Positions 26,450-40,965 are shown, counted from the stretch's first letter. The stretch: DNA of 64,000 nt from Dicyema japonicum (GCA_011109175.1 RDEW01000039.1:217681-281680), one strand, 5' to 3'. The notes: generated by a model from the letters alone, not told the origin. Made by a program: numbers and translations.

Positions 26450-27122
26450 GTGCCTATTGGTATTTTTAATTATCCTGGATACACCGATAAAGAAGTTAAC
26501 AACCAATTATCCACCTCCCATTTGTCGGAAGCCGAGAGACTATCCGATAACATTTACAAGATAATAGAGGGGATTATTTTCAAACTAATCTCTCACCGTA
26601 CCAATAGGGCTCACGCAAGGTCGTGTGAAGACTGTTTCTTCCTGCTAAATTCTGAAGTCCAGAAGGCCATTGATAGTCGAAATGAACCTGTTTGCCTGGA
26701 TATTCCAAGACAGTGTTTGCCACGGAGTTCTTTAAACTTGTGTCGGCGGATGTTCTAAAGTATTTGTTTAGTGATAAAAACATTTCTTATCCGAAAGGGA
26801 GTCATTTGTTAAAGGCATAACACCTTCTTACTACAGAAAATTTACTGCCAGTATTCGAATATGCATGTCCCTCCTGGAGCTCGATGATTTCTGAATCGTC
26901 GTTTCAAAAATTAGAAGCCGCACAACTTGCTGCCTTGAAAATAATAAATAAGAAAACTGTGGATAACGTATTGAATGTTAAAGAACACCTACGGTGGAGA
27001 GTGAAGTCATTTCTACAGTGGGCAATAAAAACCGGCTGTCCGCTTTCACTCTCTATATCTGACTATCTAGAAAATGCGGGAAATCTATGGAGAATGAGCT
27101 CCATAGCTACAGGAGTCTGTTA
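26450..27122 (+). mobile_element. jockey/I-group LINE remnant; about 110 bp (26810-26920) recurs at 21470-21570
   Basis: KIIEGII..EVQKAID..CLDI and LLPVFEYACPSWS..KLEAAQLAALKII. Shared sequence ggcataacaccttcttactaca...gagctcgatgatt. Confidence 0.7.
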
Positions 27123-27484
27123 GTAAAGCACGAAGAGACCATTTACATATAACATTATCAATCCTGTGTACATGCGGACATATTCTGCATTTCCATCCTT
27201 TCTGAGTTCAGTCCACGTAGTCTTATGCTTCGCATTATGGTCGAATGCAGAATTGTAAATGAAGTAGTAAAACATTTTACAAAATTGCACGAGCGATTCT
27301 CCTGACATATTCCTCCTCCTGGCATGCCTACCCATACAGAGTTCTCTCCATGGACAGTGTCCCACTTTAGCATTTCAATCTCCACACAAAAAGGTCATAA
27401 ACGATCTTTTTAGATCAGAGATAGTATCCGTTATTATTATAGGCACGTACGCGATGCCAAGATCATGACAAAACAGTTTACAAT

Positions 27485-28340
27485 CTAATTAACGTCGCCA
27501 TTTTTTTCTCGATCCGTTGCCATGTTACGTAGCATATCTAGATCGTCCCCATCTATAAGGCACTTTCCAATCCTCCTGAGATTTTCATCTAGAATAACCG
27601 GCAGTGTTGTCCTCGTCCGGTCGCGGAAACGAAAAGCTTCTAAGACAAAATACACCTCCATTGCTATGTTGGCAGGGGTCCCCATATCGTGGCGTAGTAT
27701 GTGACGAAAGAACCTCCATCTTGAATCAGTAATATCACATGATATTGGCTCAGTCCCTGTTTTCTTGTATAAGATTTCGTACGGCATTTTGAAAAAGCTT
27801 CTGGAAGAAAGAAGTGCTTGGAGATGATTTCTGTGAAAAGAATTAAACTTTTCGAGTTCCTCCCTGCACATGCCCATGTACCGGCATTATATAATAGGAT
27901 TGGCCTCACTAGGGCATTGTATAGTCTCATTCGAGTTTTAGAATCAAGCCCTTTATGCAGAAGCCAGGTCTTATTCATTTTGTGAAATCGACATTAGTTA
28001 GAGTCTTCCTTCGTGTTATATCTTCAGTGTCACCGAGAAGGGATCCTAGTTTTTTGATCTACACCAGTGCTCCTCGTTCCTTTCCTCCCATGGTATCCGT
28101 TAGTGACATGTAAAACAGATCAAGTTCATCTGGATTTGTAGAAACCCTCGCCATTGTGATCGCGTAGACATTAATTATGGATTTAAAGGAATTATCAGTC
28201 CTCCCACTCTTAATCTGAAGTACTGCAATTCTGTCATTCACCCATCACACTCTGTGGATTCTCCCATCAAGACATTGATGTATAGCAAGGCCAGGTTAGT
28301 AGTGGTTACATTCGGAGTGTTGTAATATAAGTCTAAACTC
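27485..28340 (-). mobile_element. RTE-clade LINE remnant (APE fragment joined to the C-terminus; RT deleted)
   Basis: VNDRIAVLQI..SIINVYAIT (APE), then TRMRLYNALVRPILLYNAGTW and RWRFFRHILR..TPANIAM..RTTLPVIL. Confidence 0.8.
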
Positions 28341-30539
28341 TCCGTAATTCTCCTCAACTGCATCCTTCACTTTATTCTTTTTTATACTGAATAGTGACCT
28401 TATATGATGTTAAGTCATTTATCAAATCCTCCCTTTTCCGTTTTTCTTTTAAGCTTCGATCGCTAAATGACGCCAATGTCTAGAGATTATTCGACATGTG
28501 TGAAAAAACAGCATCTGCGGTCGAGCGTCCACTAAAATAAAAAAAATTTATATTTTAAAATAAATCGATTGCAAAAATAAAGTTGATTATCAAATTTAAA
28601 ATATGTTTTATTTCAAATAATTTTCTCACTCAAATTGGACGAAAGTTCGCATCGAAGACATACGAACCCCGCGAAAGGCTTTTGCTGTGATATAGGCTAG
28701 AAATGGCAGTTATCAGTACGCTCACACGATTTTGTAAAGGACTTTAATTATAATAAATCGGTTGTTATTGATTCATTACAACTGCTTTACAATCAAAATG
28801 AGATCAAACCCCTATTAATGGGATTATTATTTATTGTCAAGAATCACTGCTTTTAAAGATGTCCTTGGCTAACTAATCGATCGTTCCATTTTGACTTGTA
28901 ACCTTATCGGGGAATAATTGTCAGAGGTAGAAGAGGAAATTTAGTCCATTATGGGGGATTAATACAAAAATAGACATGGCTTAGGCATAAATAGACCATA
29001 GCTGGACTCATCTCGTGTTTTCAGAGGCTTGAATATTATTATAGTGTTTCCCGACCATTTGCGTCACTTTCTAATCATTAACATTGGGATAACGGTAAAT
29101 ATATTTTTGGATAAAAGAACATCTTTAAAACTCATAATGAGGTCGGATTGTTAGTGTCATAAAGATCAAGAGAGGAAGAGTTTTTTCAGGATCGTCTACC
29201 TAATTTCCTATAGGAGCCATCCGAACCAGAAATTAAATCAATGAGAAATTTTTCTACAATCCTTCAAAAATCTGAAGAGGGAATTGATAATTCGATATCT
29301 TTGATGATGCCTGTATCCATCATTTTACTGACAATCTCCAATGTTCCATTACCCCTTACCCGGTAAATCCTATAAGTTAGTAAACATAACAAAAAAAGCT
29401 TAATTATTAAGATCGTTTGATAATTATAATCAATAATTAACTCCCTTATTCGTCCTCATTACAGACTTTACCATTCGATCCACGCTTCCTCGTTCCTACA
29501 TCTCGCATTATAGGTCGCGTTCATCTTGAGGAGATTTAGACATTCGTGCGATAGTAGTATATCACCATCTAAAAGACCGACACCAACATTGTAGAATGTT
29601 AAATTACTTAATTTCCTTTTTTGTAATTACATGCCACATTTTTTAATTTATGGAGAATAAATATCCTAAAGCCATCTGAGAAAATGCACTGATTATTTAA
29701 TACCTCGGAGATACCGGAAGGAGTTAGTTAATGTGTAATTATGGTAAATCCAGATCCCACGGTCGGAATAAAATGCATGCTTGTCAAGCATCCATATCTG
29801 GCAAGCTGGAAACCCATTCACTAGTGCAGGTAAATGATAGATGCATTAGGCGGCTTCTTTGCGGGTGAATCTACTTTCTTAAGGTTTGAAAGAGACATCT
29901 TCGATTGGGTAGGTAGCAGTGTAGGAATTACTAATCGATTTGATAGCAAATATTTAAGTTTGTGAAATCACTAATATGTTATAGAGGCTTGCTACTATGC
30001 AAAGAATCAAATCATTAAAAAAAATCAAAAAATTAAGTTTTTATCATAATTATGGAATTAAAAAAATAAGTGTATCCGATGAAAACTCATTATAAATTAC
30101 GTAGCATCCAGAAAATCTCCACAACACAGAAAAGGGCCTTCAAACTAACTGAGAGATGGTATACAGGGGAAAACATCAAATCACCGACGCCCATGGAGAC
30201 ATTAATCAAAAAAACAAAAATGGACTTTAATGCCAAAAAGGAAGTGCTCGCCCTCAACGAACTTGTGTAGACTCAAGATCAACAAGAGCAAAGATGAGAT
30301 CCTTTATCCAATTCGTCGGGATCAATTATTATCTTGGTATTTAATTTTATAGATGTACAATTTCATCATCTTAAACCTTACATTCTACTTTTTGACAAAA
30401 CAGAAAAATTATCACTACGATTTAATATTTAGGCGAATACAATATTCAATATTAAGAAATTGGTTAATTTTCGAGTACTGACGTATACTGTTGTTCTCCA
30501 ATAAATTTATTAACTGTTCACAGCATAAATGTGATATAT

Positions 30540-31225
30540 ATTTTTCAGTCATGGGAATGTATTGGAATTGTATTAAATATTATTGTTCAAAGTCGTTGTT
30601 CGAATGATGACAGTAAAAAACCAGACTTTCCCATCAACCAGTTAACAAATTTTTTGAATTAAGAGATTTTGTACAATGTAGTTCCATCAAATACATCGCA
30701 ATCGATTTTGCTGAAGATTTCTTACGCTCATTTCTGATGTTGACCTCCACTGGATTAGGCAAATATTGAAATGGAAGATAACGTGATTGGAGCTGAAGCT
30801 AACAATGTCACAGAGATGTACTTTCGTTATAATAATATAATCAGACAAAATTAAAACTCCAAGATGGATTAACGGCTCCGGATCATTAACGAGTGTCTCC
30901 ACATTAAACATACCTGGGATCGTACAAGAAATAATAAGAACTTCATAGAATAAATTAGAGCAAACGCGAACAATCAGAGAAGAAATAAGACCTTCATAGA
31001 ATAAATTATAACAAACGTTGAAAATCAAAAAAGAAATTAGAACAAATTCATTTAATAAATTACGATTATTTTTGCTTGAATAAATCCAATGATGTTTCGA
31101 TGAATAAGGCAATGTTGCTTTTTAAAATTATTTTTATCTTTTGACCACATCTCACATTACAGACTGAAATTGTCGAGAATAAGCAAAATTAAAAAATATG
31201 TCAATACGTTCTATATAATTTCTTC
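30540..31225 (-). pseudogene. Decayed member of unknown protein family 2 (homologues at 37800-38110 and 49180-49330)
   Basis: Shared ITKVH(L/F)C(D/G). The sequence 30540-30840 closely matches 37800-38110. There is a 51-bp internal tandem repeat at about 30920-31030. Confidence 0.45.
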
Positions 31226-33879
31226 ATAATTGAAAGCAACGTAATGAATTGATGAATCAAAGGATTATTTAATAAAAGTTTGATGAATCTACCACTTTAA
31301 ATTATGAAGAAATGTTAATATAAAGAAATATATCGAAATTCAAAAAACAACATTGCCCCACAAGAGAGACAACCATAACGTTTATAATAAGTTTTATTAT
31401 TTATGGTTGACCATATTAAAATATAATTTTTTACTAATATAAATAATAATTATTTATTTGATTCATTATGTGCAAGCTCAGTATACCTAAACTTTTACTC
31501 ATTTTTTTACAACTATGCTCATAATTGTAACTATTATAATAAGTAAAGGGGGACTCATTTGGTTTTCCAAGTTTGGTTGGATGTGGGCCAACTTTTACAT
31601 TGTTGAAATTGTGTTTCTATTTGTGGATTTGATGTATATCTGTGTTAGTGTTATGAATTACCTGCAACCAAGCTTTTTGATAACAATCATAGGAATTTTT
31701 TCTTGTCGTCTTGAGTAGGTTAGTTTATGGAATTTAAGGTATTTTCGACCTCCACTGGTGTGTATGATTATGACGACATCTTGATTTTATCAAAACCAAG
31801 GGTCGACCTTCATACTTTTATGATGTAAGTGCTGTTTTGAGTTTAGAGCTTTATTCAATCGAGTTCCTTTTTGCTGAAATCATTACTGTTTATCTTCTAA
31901 AGGTTTTTGCTCTAAAGAGGGACCTTGGTTTATTAAACGCGTAGGTGATTTTTCTCCATTCGTCCATTTTTTTAATTTTAAAGTTCATATTTCGCTATAC
32001 TGCATTCGGATTTGGTCTCTAATTTTTGGGGATGACCTTTGGATGTTTTTAGACTATTACGTTTCTTTTATTCTTCGTTTTGTTGTCAAACATTTATGTA
32101 TGATTTGATTTATCTTTCTGTTGTAAATACCTTCATTGCTCCGAGTGAATTGAATGTACTGAATCTTTCTGTTAACATAGGAAACTGCACTATTGAGTGA
32201 AAGACAGCATCGAAATCTGCAAAGTTTATGTCCGCCTATTGCTCAAAATCTTTCCAGTAATGTTTCTGTAATGCAAGAAAGTTTTTCGAGTTCTTTCAGA
32301 GATGAGCTCGATTATATTCAATCACTGAATTTATGTTGAGTTGAATGATGGGAAGAGGTTTCGCCGGTCCCGGATTAGGTTTGATATCTTCAGACTAGCA
32401 GTTTCATCAACATTGGCTTTTTGATAGTCGAAGTGGATGTTGGAGACAAACCACCCATTATGCCAATTAGTGAAAAAACAAGCGATTATTGATTTGATAG
32501 AGTTAAGGCCAAATTCGGAACGAAACTGGGGTTATTCTTGGATATAAAAATAATTTGATATTTTCCCGATTCTCATTGTTTATCTAAATTTGTAATGGTC
32601 TAAGTAACAACTACGAAAACATATAAAGAAATAACAAATCTTTTAAGAATATTTATCAATACAATCATACTTTCGAAATCATACCATTAGCCTTATTGAA
32701 GGTTGATAAAGAAAAGGTCATCAAAGATATCTTGAGACTTGATGATTCAACAAGAGAGAGAGTGAGTAAGGAATGAGGTCCAAAAATGTCAAATTTTAAT
32801 GGATCAGGTTGGAGGATCCGCTAGACCTAGGAAGAGAGCACGTGACTGAGAAAAAGATTCGGAAAGTACCTACTATTATGATTTCTCAACTTAGCCTATT
32901 ACTGTAAGTGAGGTTAATGAAGTAAGAATACATCCTTAGTGTCTAAAAGAAAATAAAGGTGACACCAACAATATCAGTTAATCCTCAGGAAACTGTAAAG
33001 ACGGAAACTAATAAGGAAGACGAGCAATCTACGAAAATGAGGAGATTGATCGAAAGACTTATCTCTAATACACATTAGCTATACAAGAATCCAAAATATT
33101 ACATGTGACAGTCCCTTGGTGAAACGCTCTATAACAGATTTCAAAAAAAATTAATAATAAACTCAATAGAAAACGACAAATATTTATAAATGTTTTAAAT
33201 ATTATTAGAGAAGGTCATTTTTGATTAAAACTAAAATTTAAAGTAATAAAGCGTACTTGTATGGTTTAGTAAGATTCGACAAAAAACACTCAAAAAAATA
33301 AAGAATTCTGGACTATAAGTGAAATTGGGGCACTAGATCCTGATTATATGGTAAAGAAAATTTAATGGAATAAAAGATTTCAAATTAATATAGTTATTTC
33401 AACTGGTTCTATGCAACGCAAAAACATTGTCCACAAATCCTCCGACCACATCGATAATCGCAATTTAATGTAAAGACCGATATAAACAAATTTACGTAGA
33501 TATTCAGAAATCATTAAAAATGGATTTGATGAAATAAATGGAAATTACAGGTTTATTACTTCCCCGAAATCGAGGAACTATGGACAAGGTTTTGTAATAC
33601 ACAATGACTATATTCCTGGATTATATCGCTTCTGGAATTGTGTATTCATCATATTAATAATATCAGATCCATGTGACTATTGACTCCTTTTATAAATTCG
33701 TTGTCTCTGAACTGTTTTCACACATTTGTATACAAAAGATTGAGAAACATTGATTTACATCATATAACTTGTATCATGAAATAAATAATAAAATTCAATT
33801 AAAACGTGGAATCTCTTACTCTAACAGATTTCAAAGTTCTGGATGCGCTCACGGTTCACATAATGCATCTCAAAAACGA

Positions 33880-34445
33880 CCAACAACACCTGCTACGAAC
33901 AATATGACATTCTACTTTCAATAGACAAGTCTCTCAAGCAAACAGTCGAGTCACTAATTAACGTCCGCTTCGACGAACTTGGTTGGAAACAATGTAAGCT
34001 TCCCTCTGGATTTGGGGGAAGTCGGAATAAGATCGGCGCTGGAGGTTGCGTACCCGGCATACCTATCGTCTCTCTCAAGCTGCAGCCATTTGACACGGCA
34101 AGTCCTTCATAACACAATTTTGCTGGAATGAGTCATTTGACGAAGCTTGTCGGAAATGGAACGGGTCCGAACTCAAAATCCCTGAAGACACAACAAACCA
34201 AAGTAATTGGGATAACATTGTCTGCCCCAAACTTTTGGAAGACCTTAAAAAAGACGCAAATCAACATTGTCTGGCTGTTTGGTGTCAGCTTCAAGTAGAG
34301 GGAGTGGAGCATGGCTTGGTGCAATACCTTGCCCAAACCTCGGGACCTTTTTGGACGACGATTCTTTGAAGATTGGAATCGGACAAAGGCTGGGACTAGA
34401 CGTTTGCCAGGAGCACCGATGCCGATGCGGGAAAACAGCCAGTGG
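33880..34445 (+). mobile_element. CRE-clade retrotransposon fragment (thumb and zinc-finger region)
   Basis: LPSGFGG.VGIRSALEVAYPAYLSS and [43 protein letters not shown]. Confidence 0.8.
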
Positions 34446-34704
34446 AATGATTAAAAAAGTCCAAACAGTATAAATCTCCACAGTGGTGAATATATAACAT
34501 TAATTTTCCAACTCGTTTATATAACAATATAATTAAGGATATTCAAAGGTGTTCGTAATCTTTCAAAGATGGACGATCAAAATTACAAAAATCCAAAATA
34601 AATAAAATACCAAATTTACGTAAACATAATTTTTCAGCGATTCTCGCTAACCATCCTTGGAAGAAATAGCATGGAGGATACAGTATGACCCTGATGACTC
34701 AGTG

Positions 34705-34950
34705 TTTCTTCATAGTTATAAGTAGCATGATGAAATGATAAATCAAAGATTTACTTGATAAAAGTTTGATAAATCTTGCACTTTCAATTATGAAGAAATA
34801 TTAATATAAACAAATGTTGAAAAAATCAATAGAAGTAACACTGCACCACAAGGAAGGTAATTATAGCGTGTATCATAAACTTAATTAATAATAGTTAAAT
34901 ATATTAAAATATAAATTTAAACTAATATAATTAAAAAATATATAATTAAA
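34705..34950. repeat. About 250-270-bp dispersed module with an internal inverted repeat; six same-orientation copies (20783, 31218, 34705, 38592, 45833, 49571)
   Basis: Each copy reads atttcttcata(a/g)tt..aag ... atcaaagatttatttgataaaagtttga ... cactttcaattatgaagaaat ... ccacaa..gt ... ggttaaccatattaaaatata. Confidence 0.88.
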
Positions 34951-35540
34951 CTAGATACTTGCGCACGCTCGCATGCACATGGAGCGCCTGTAGCGAGCTT
35001 CGATTATTTGACAAACGACGCTGAGTCTCTCCTGAGACCTCCACATCCCAGACTTTTTAGGCATGTGTTCTCAATTAAGTCAACCGACTGCTATGCTGTT
35101 CTGGTGATTCGTCAGTCGGCATTGTAGTGCACGTGTCCTCAATTCTGTTAACCAAGTGCTATACTGTTCTGCTGATTCTTCATCCCACAATTGTTTTGTA
35201 CGTGTCTTCAATTCGCTTAACCGACTGCTATGCTGTTCTGCTTATTCTTCATCCCGCATGTGCTTAGGAAACTTGAAAAGAGTAATTATTATTGCATTTG
35301 TAACAAGAAGATTGTTTAAATGCAGTTTATAAATCAAGCTTGGATTTTTTACCCACGTGGGCTGTCTCATATTGTCCCCATCTTCGGGATCTCTGGGATC
35401 TCGTATTTATACATAGAAATGATTAAAGTTGAATATGGGCTGTTTCCCATTATCACCTTTCTCACGCCACATGACAGGATGATATTGATCGAACTTTTCA
35501 TAACTCAAATTCTTCATATCTGGTTCACTCACTTTTTCTG
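34951..35540 (-). mobile_element. Non-autonomous Helitron remnant with about 69-bp (23-aa) STPR-like repeats
   Basis: The minus-strand 3' end has a GC hairpin followed by CTAG|T at 34951. Three repeats at 35075-35260 translate to DEESAEQ(H/Y)SxRLxELxTR, similar to Helitron N-terminal STPR repeats. The 5' boundary is uncertain. Confidence 0.6.
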
Positions 35541-36506
35541 AATTTTAATTAGTATAGACCAGAGGTTTTCAGAAATATTTCTCGCGGCACAGTCATCGTA
35601 AATAAAATAATCCACGGCACACATGAAAAATAAAAAATTTTAGTGTGAGTTGATCAAAAAGAATCAAAGAAACCTTGATTAAAAGATTAACAAAAGTACT
35701 TCAAGGCAATTGACAACCCTCATGTTGATGTTATATCTTCAATATTGTGGTTAAACTATACTAACATTGAAACTAATTGTAAGGCATTCAAGACAGGAAT
35801 CTATTTTGGTAAGGATCAAAGATATGTCGTCATTGAAAATCAGATTCATCTCTGTTGAGATTTGGTTTCCAAATGCAGGACTAAGTTGCGTTATGATTTC
35901 ATGTGGTGACATGATAAGCTAATCTAGAGCAAAAATCTACTTCTGTCACACAGAGCGATAAGCACAGCGATTCCGTGAAAGATTTTGAAGGCAGGATGGA
36001 AGCTGTTCGGACACATACATCATCTGGACCTGAAGACCCCTGCTAACGTGCAACGGAGTTTAACTTTCTCTGGAAGTTCTGTGTTTCCGTGGTTGACAAA
36101 AGGCGACTTTACTGACCGTCTTTGACCAATATCTTGAAGGATTCATGAGATGTTTGTCACGTATTTCTAAGTCTTCTCTGACTGAAGCAACATTATTGTT
36201 AACGAATTTACAAAAAAATTTCAGAAACTTTTGTACACGAAATTTAAAAAATTATATAATGAACATAAGCTAATCTTTTAAGGTTAATTTTATTTCAAAT
36301 TTTAAAGTAAAAATGTTTGCCTTTGTTATAAAGGTTGCTATTATCCAAAAATCAAATAATTGAATGAATATCAAAAAATTAATATTTTATTATAATTACA
36401 AATTAAAACATTAGTGAATCTAAATGAAAACTTATTATAATAAATAGGAAATGAGTGACTACGAAAATTCAGAAACATAATTTTAATTTCATGTGGTAAC
36501 TATATA

Positions 36507-37545
36507 CAGTGCAACCTCCATTTGGGGCACAGTTATTTTTGGGGCAGTTTGAAAATTAGATCATTTTTATACAGTAATTTCCAAATTTGTAAATTACCTG
36601 AACCTCTTAGTGGGGCACTTAATTTTTTTAATTTATATAGTCTTGCAATTAATATTAAATTTAATTATATAAAATTTTCTTAAACTTCTCGTGCTAGATT
36701 TGCGTTTTTGTTGTCATGGGAGAAAGCTTACTCTGGAGGTAAAGCTTAAAATTGCCCAAGAAATCAACGAAAATTGTTTCATGAGCAAGATATTGTCAAA
36801 AAGTATAAAATTAGTAAAGGTTATCTGATAATTCTATTGGTTAGGAGCAGTATCTAGAATTAAACAAAATTATATGAAACTTTATAAATAATGGGTCCGT
36901 ACAATCAAATTGTCTTAGTCAAATTTCACAGAGAAGAGACAGTCTCTCAGAAATTCGATAAAATTGTTTATGAATGCTTTTTTAAAGCAAGGGAAGAATT
37001 TATTCCCGTTTCAGGACTATTCTTAAAAAACATTGCTATAAAAGTAGCTAGGAAATTGAACTATACCTCATTCAGAGATTCGAATGGTTGGCTTGAAAAA
37101 TTTACACAATTTGTCATTTAAGACAATAAGTGGTGAAAAAAATTCGTGTGATATTTCTTTTGCCTTGGAAATTGAAAATATTTTCAACTGCGATGAAACA
37201 GGATTGTACATTAAAGAATAACATCAAAATCATTTGTACTTAAGATGAAGATTGTTTTGGAATTAAAAGGAGTAAAAAAAATTCACTATTCTTTTGGTCG
37301 GTCAGTGCTTGAGGCTAAAAATTGAAGCCATAATTAATAGGAAAATATAAATCATCACGTTGTATGAATAATTTTAACCCTGAAGAGCACGGAGTTTTAT
37401 ATTCGTTTTCTAAAAATTGTTGGATGACATCTGATATATTTATTACTTGGTTGAACATTATCAACGAAGAAATGATTCAACACAACCGAAAAATTGTCCT
37501 TTTGCTTGACAATGCAAGTTGTCACAAGAATAATCTAAAAAACGA
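36507..37545 (+). mobile_element. pogo/Tigger DNA transposon remnant
   Basis: TA|cagtgcaacctc left end, CENP-B HTH (IPVSGLFLKNIAIKVA..SNGWLEKF) and DDE_1 motifs IFNCDETG, WMTSDIFITWL and VLLLDNASCH. Truncated by an RTE-type fragment. Confidence 0.85.
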
Positions 37546-39759
37546 GTCTAAAAAAGAGCTAAGGATAGTTCGTAACTCAATTTTAACAAAAATCAAAAAA
37601 CTTCAAAAATATCAAGTAAAAAAAGAAGTGGAGAAACAGGTCGATGAAATCAAGAAATATAAGAACGGATCCAAAATGTTCAAAGCCATTCGGATTATTA
37701 GCAAAAAGAAACGACCAGGGAATATTGTTATTCACGACCAACATGGACGATCAGTATTGAATGTTATTGAAAAGGCGAACATAGTGTCTTCACACTACTG
37801 TGATATATATTTTTCAGTCTGTATTGGAATTGTATTAAATATTATTGTTCAAAGTCGTTGTTAGAATGATGATAGTATAAACAACCAAACTTTCCCACCA
37901 ACCAGTTAACAAATTTTTAAATTAAGAGATTTTGTACAATGTAGTTCCATCAAATACATCGCAATTGATTTTGCTGAACATTTCTTACGCTCATTTTTGA
38001 TGTTAACCTCCACTGGATTAGCCAAATAATGAAATTGAAGATAACGCGAGTTGGAGAATGAAGCTAACAATATCACAGAAATGTACTTTCGTTATAAAAT
38101 TATAATCAGATTTATATTATGTCTTTTAACATCAAATATTGAGAATGAATTAATAATAATCAAGCGTCTCATTCTTGACACAATGCTTTTAATAATAAAA
38201 GTAAATACTCAGATATTCCTCTCGAATGATACAATTTCTCAAAAAATTAACGATATTTTGTCCAAAAAGTGAATCGATTAAAAGAGTCAATGCAGTATAA
38301 ATCTCCAAATTGGTGAATATATTAAATTACCAACTCGTTTATATGAGAATATAATTAAGGAAATTCACAAACCGTTCGTAATCGTTCAAAGATGGACGAC
38401 GTAGGTAAAGTGTATATAAATATACGTTTATCATAATAATATACTCAATAATAATACCAAAATCCAAAACGAATAAAATTTACGTTATCATAATTTCTTC
38501 AATGAGTCTCGCTAACCATCCTAAAAGGAATAGCATGGCGGATACAGTATGACCTTGTGACTCTGTGTTTCTTCAATCAAATAAAAAAACAATTTCTTCA
38601 TAGTTATAAGTAGCAGGATGAAATGATAAATCAAAGATTTATTTGATAAAAGTTTGATAAATCTTCCACTTACAATGAAGAAATATTAATATATACTAGA
38701 GAAATTCAATAAACAAAACACAGCACCACAAGAAAGGTAATAAGAACGTGTATCATAAACTTATTTAGTTTTGGTTAACCATATTAAAATATAAATTTAA
38801 AATATATAATTAAAAATATATATAATTAACTATACTGAGGTTTCTGTACTCGATACGGTATGACAATGAATACATCATTATAAGTGGACTTAAGATATTC
38901 CTCGGAAAAATCCCATTCATTATACGCAATTACTTGATTGACATTCTAATAAAAATTTTTTTTCTGTGGCTAGATTGATGTTAAAAAATTAAGGGATGAC
39001 AGGATAGCCACTAATTAAGAAGGATCCTTATTATGTCGCGTTCCGCACGGGTCATTCATCCCGTGCTAGTTACATTTCACCTGTCAATCGACCTATCACC
39101 TGTCATTCAATCAATATTAATTAGTTCTCAATTAAAAATCAAGGAATTATTTTTTTTTTAAAGTCTATATTTTGTTGACTCATGTTGAATAATTTTAATT
39201 CTTTTAAAAGTGGCTTAATATGTGATAACTAGGAAGATTTTTGTCAATAAAGTTAAAAATTCATATGATCTTAAAAAATTTTTTAAACTTATAAAAATGT
39301 GATTTTTAATCTAAAATAATTATATAAATCAAAAGTTATGAAGTCAAAATTTTGAGTAATGTAAAAAGTTATAAGTAAAAAAGTCAAAATTCGTTGACGT
39401 CAAAGAACAAATTCACGGAAGACCAAATAATTATCGTATTTGTTATCGCAATCTTGATAATTTTCCTAAAAAATTACAATAAAATTTCAAAATAGTGATA
39501 TTAAAAATTTCGCAATAAGTAAAGAAAATCAACTAGTGGAGAATAATCCATAGTTATTGGTTACCAAAATATATATATCAGACATTTTGATAAAACCCTT
39601 TAGCACACTTGATCATCCATTAATATAAAAGAAAATATATTACAATAAATCAGTAAAAAGACGATAAAATGTAGAACAAACAAAGCGACAACAAAGTGTC
39701 TACCTACACGTTAAAAGTGTGACAATTTATCAATAGGTTCCGCATATTTTAACACTGGA

Positions 39760-39978
39760 ATTTATGGAGAGTTCCAGCCACCAATGCTTCTTGAAGCCTC
39801 GATGCAAATGAACTATGAAACGCTCCATCGTGACTGCGAAGGTCCAGTCACTCGACGATACGTATTTGTGTGGGATCGAGGGAGAAGCATCGGGCCAAGA
39901 TGAGGTCCCTGCTAGAGCGTGCTGGGATCACGCGATTAGTTTGTTGTGTAACCGTGGTCTCTGGTGTTATTATTATCA
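39760..39978 (+). mobile_element. jockey/I-group LINE 3' end (copy at 56590-56935 on the minus strand; related ends at 54330-54450 and 10255-10400)
   Basis: Shares gatgaggtccctgctagagcgtgctgggatcac...ccgtggtctctggtgt-(ATT)n with 56590-56935. The C-terminus KMRSLLERAGIT is homologous to the 49.8 kb LINE end. Confidence 0.75.
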
Positions 39979-40229
39979 AGATACATCGTGAAAAGCTGAG
40001 GTGCAGTTTCACAGAGCCAAAGTAGAGGAAGCGGAGACAAGTCAGGTACATAAGAAAAACTTCATCACTTATCCCTTTAGGTGCCAAGTATGATCTGCGA
40101 ATAAAGAGAGGCTCAAATAAGATAGGAATTCGGTCGGGAGTTGTCTGCAGTAACTCACCTGAGCGAGCGTATCTTCCTTAAGATCCTGTTGGTTGGTGGG
40201 TGTTGACATGAAATCTGCAACAATAAACA

Positions 40230-40965
40230 TTAAACCTAGATATGAAGCATATTTGTCTGCGAATATGGTGTGAAAAAGATGATCAAAAAATCAAAAAAAC
40301 CTTAATTAAAAAGATAAACTTTAAAGTAAAATAAAAACAATGGAAATCGTATTTATTTATTTAAAAGCTGTAAACATAGACAAGTTTGGCAGCTTTTTCA
40401 ATTCCCAGCCTATTTTGTACATTTGAATGTAAGAATCCAAAAGTCGAAAAAATTCGTTGAAAGAGATCGCCCATAACGTGTTGGGTCCATTAGATTATCA
40501 AGTAAGTGGAAAGGTGTTAATGCATTTTTACAGCATGACTAATAGCTGTATAATCATTTTGAAACGATACCCAGGAATGAACATTTGGACGAATTTGACA
40601 AATTCCGGATGTTCTACAGCAGCAAAAGGAGTGTTACTGGAATATATGTATCTAGCGAGTTGCATTTCGATCAAATTTTTTTTAGATGACGTCGTCGTAG
40701 TAACGAAATTGATTAAAGACTGGTCCCAAATCACTTTCAGGTTTCATCATTGGGAGGAATTCGTTGACCAAATCACTTTTAGGTTTCGACGGATTTTCAG
40801 GGATATCATATTAGTTCGACATAACAAATGATACTGCCTCATCCGTGACATCACGTTTTCTTCCAGACATTAAAAAAATTAAAATGATTTTTTTGATTTT
40901 TTTAATGATTTAAATCATTTATTTTTTGTTGATTAAAATCAAATGATTTAAATCTTACAACCCTC
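40230..40965 (-). mobile_element. hAT transposon remnant (Ac/hobo-type N-terminal region)
   Basis: LARYIYSSNTPFAAVEHPEFVKFVQMFIPGY. The terminus agggttgtaagatttaaatc carries repeated gatttaaatc subterminal motifs. Confidence 0.65.

Noticed and set aside
29820-29890. HMG-box-like start KKPPNASIIYL on the minus strand
   Set aside because: Stops follow immediately and no remaining HMG helices were found.
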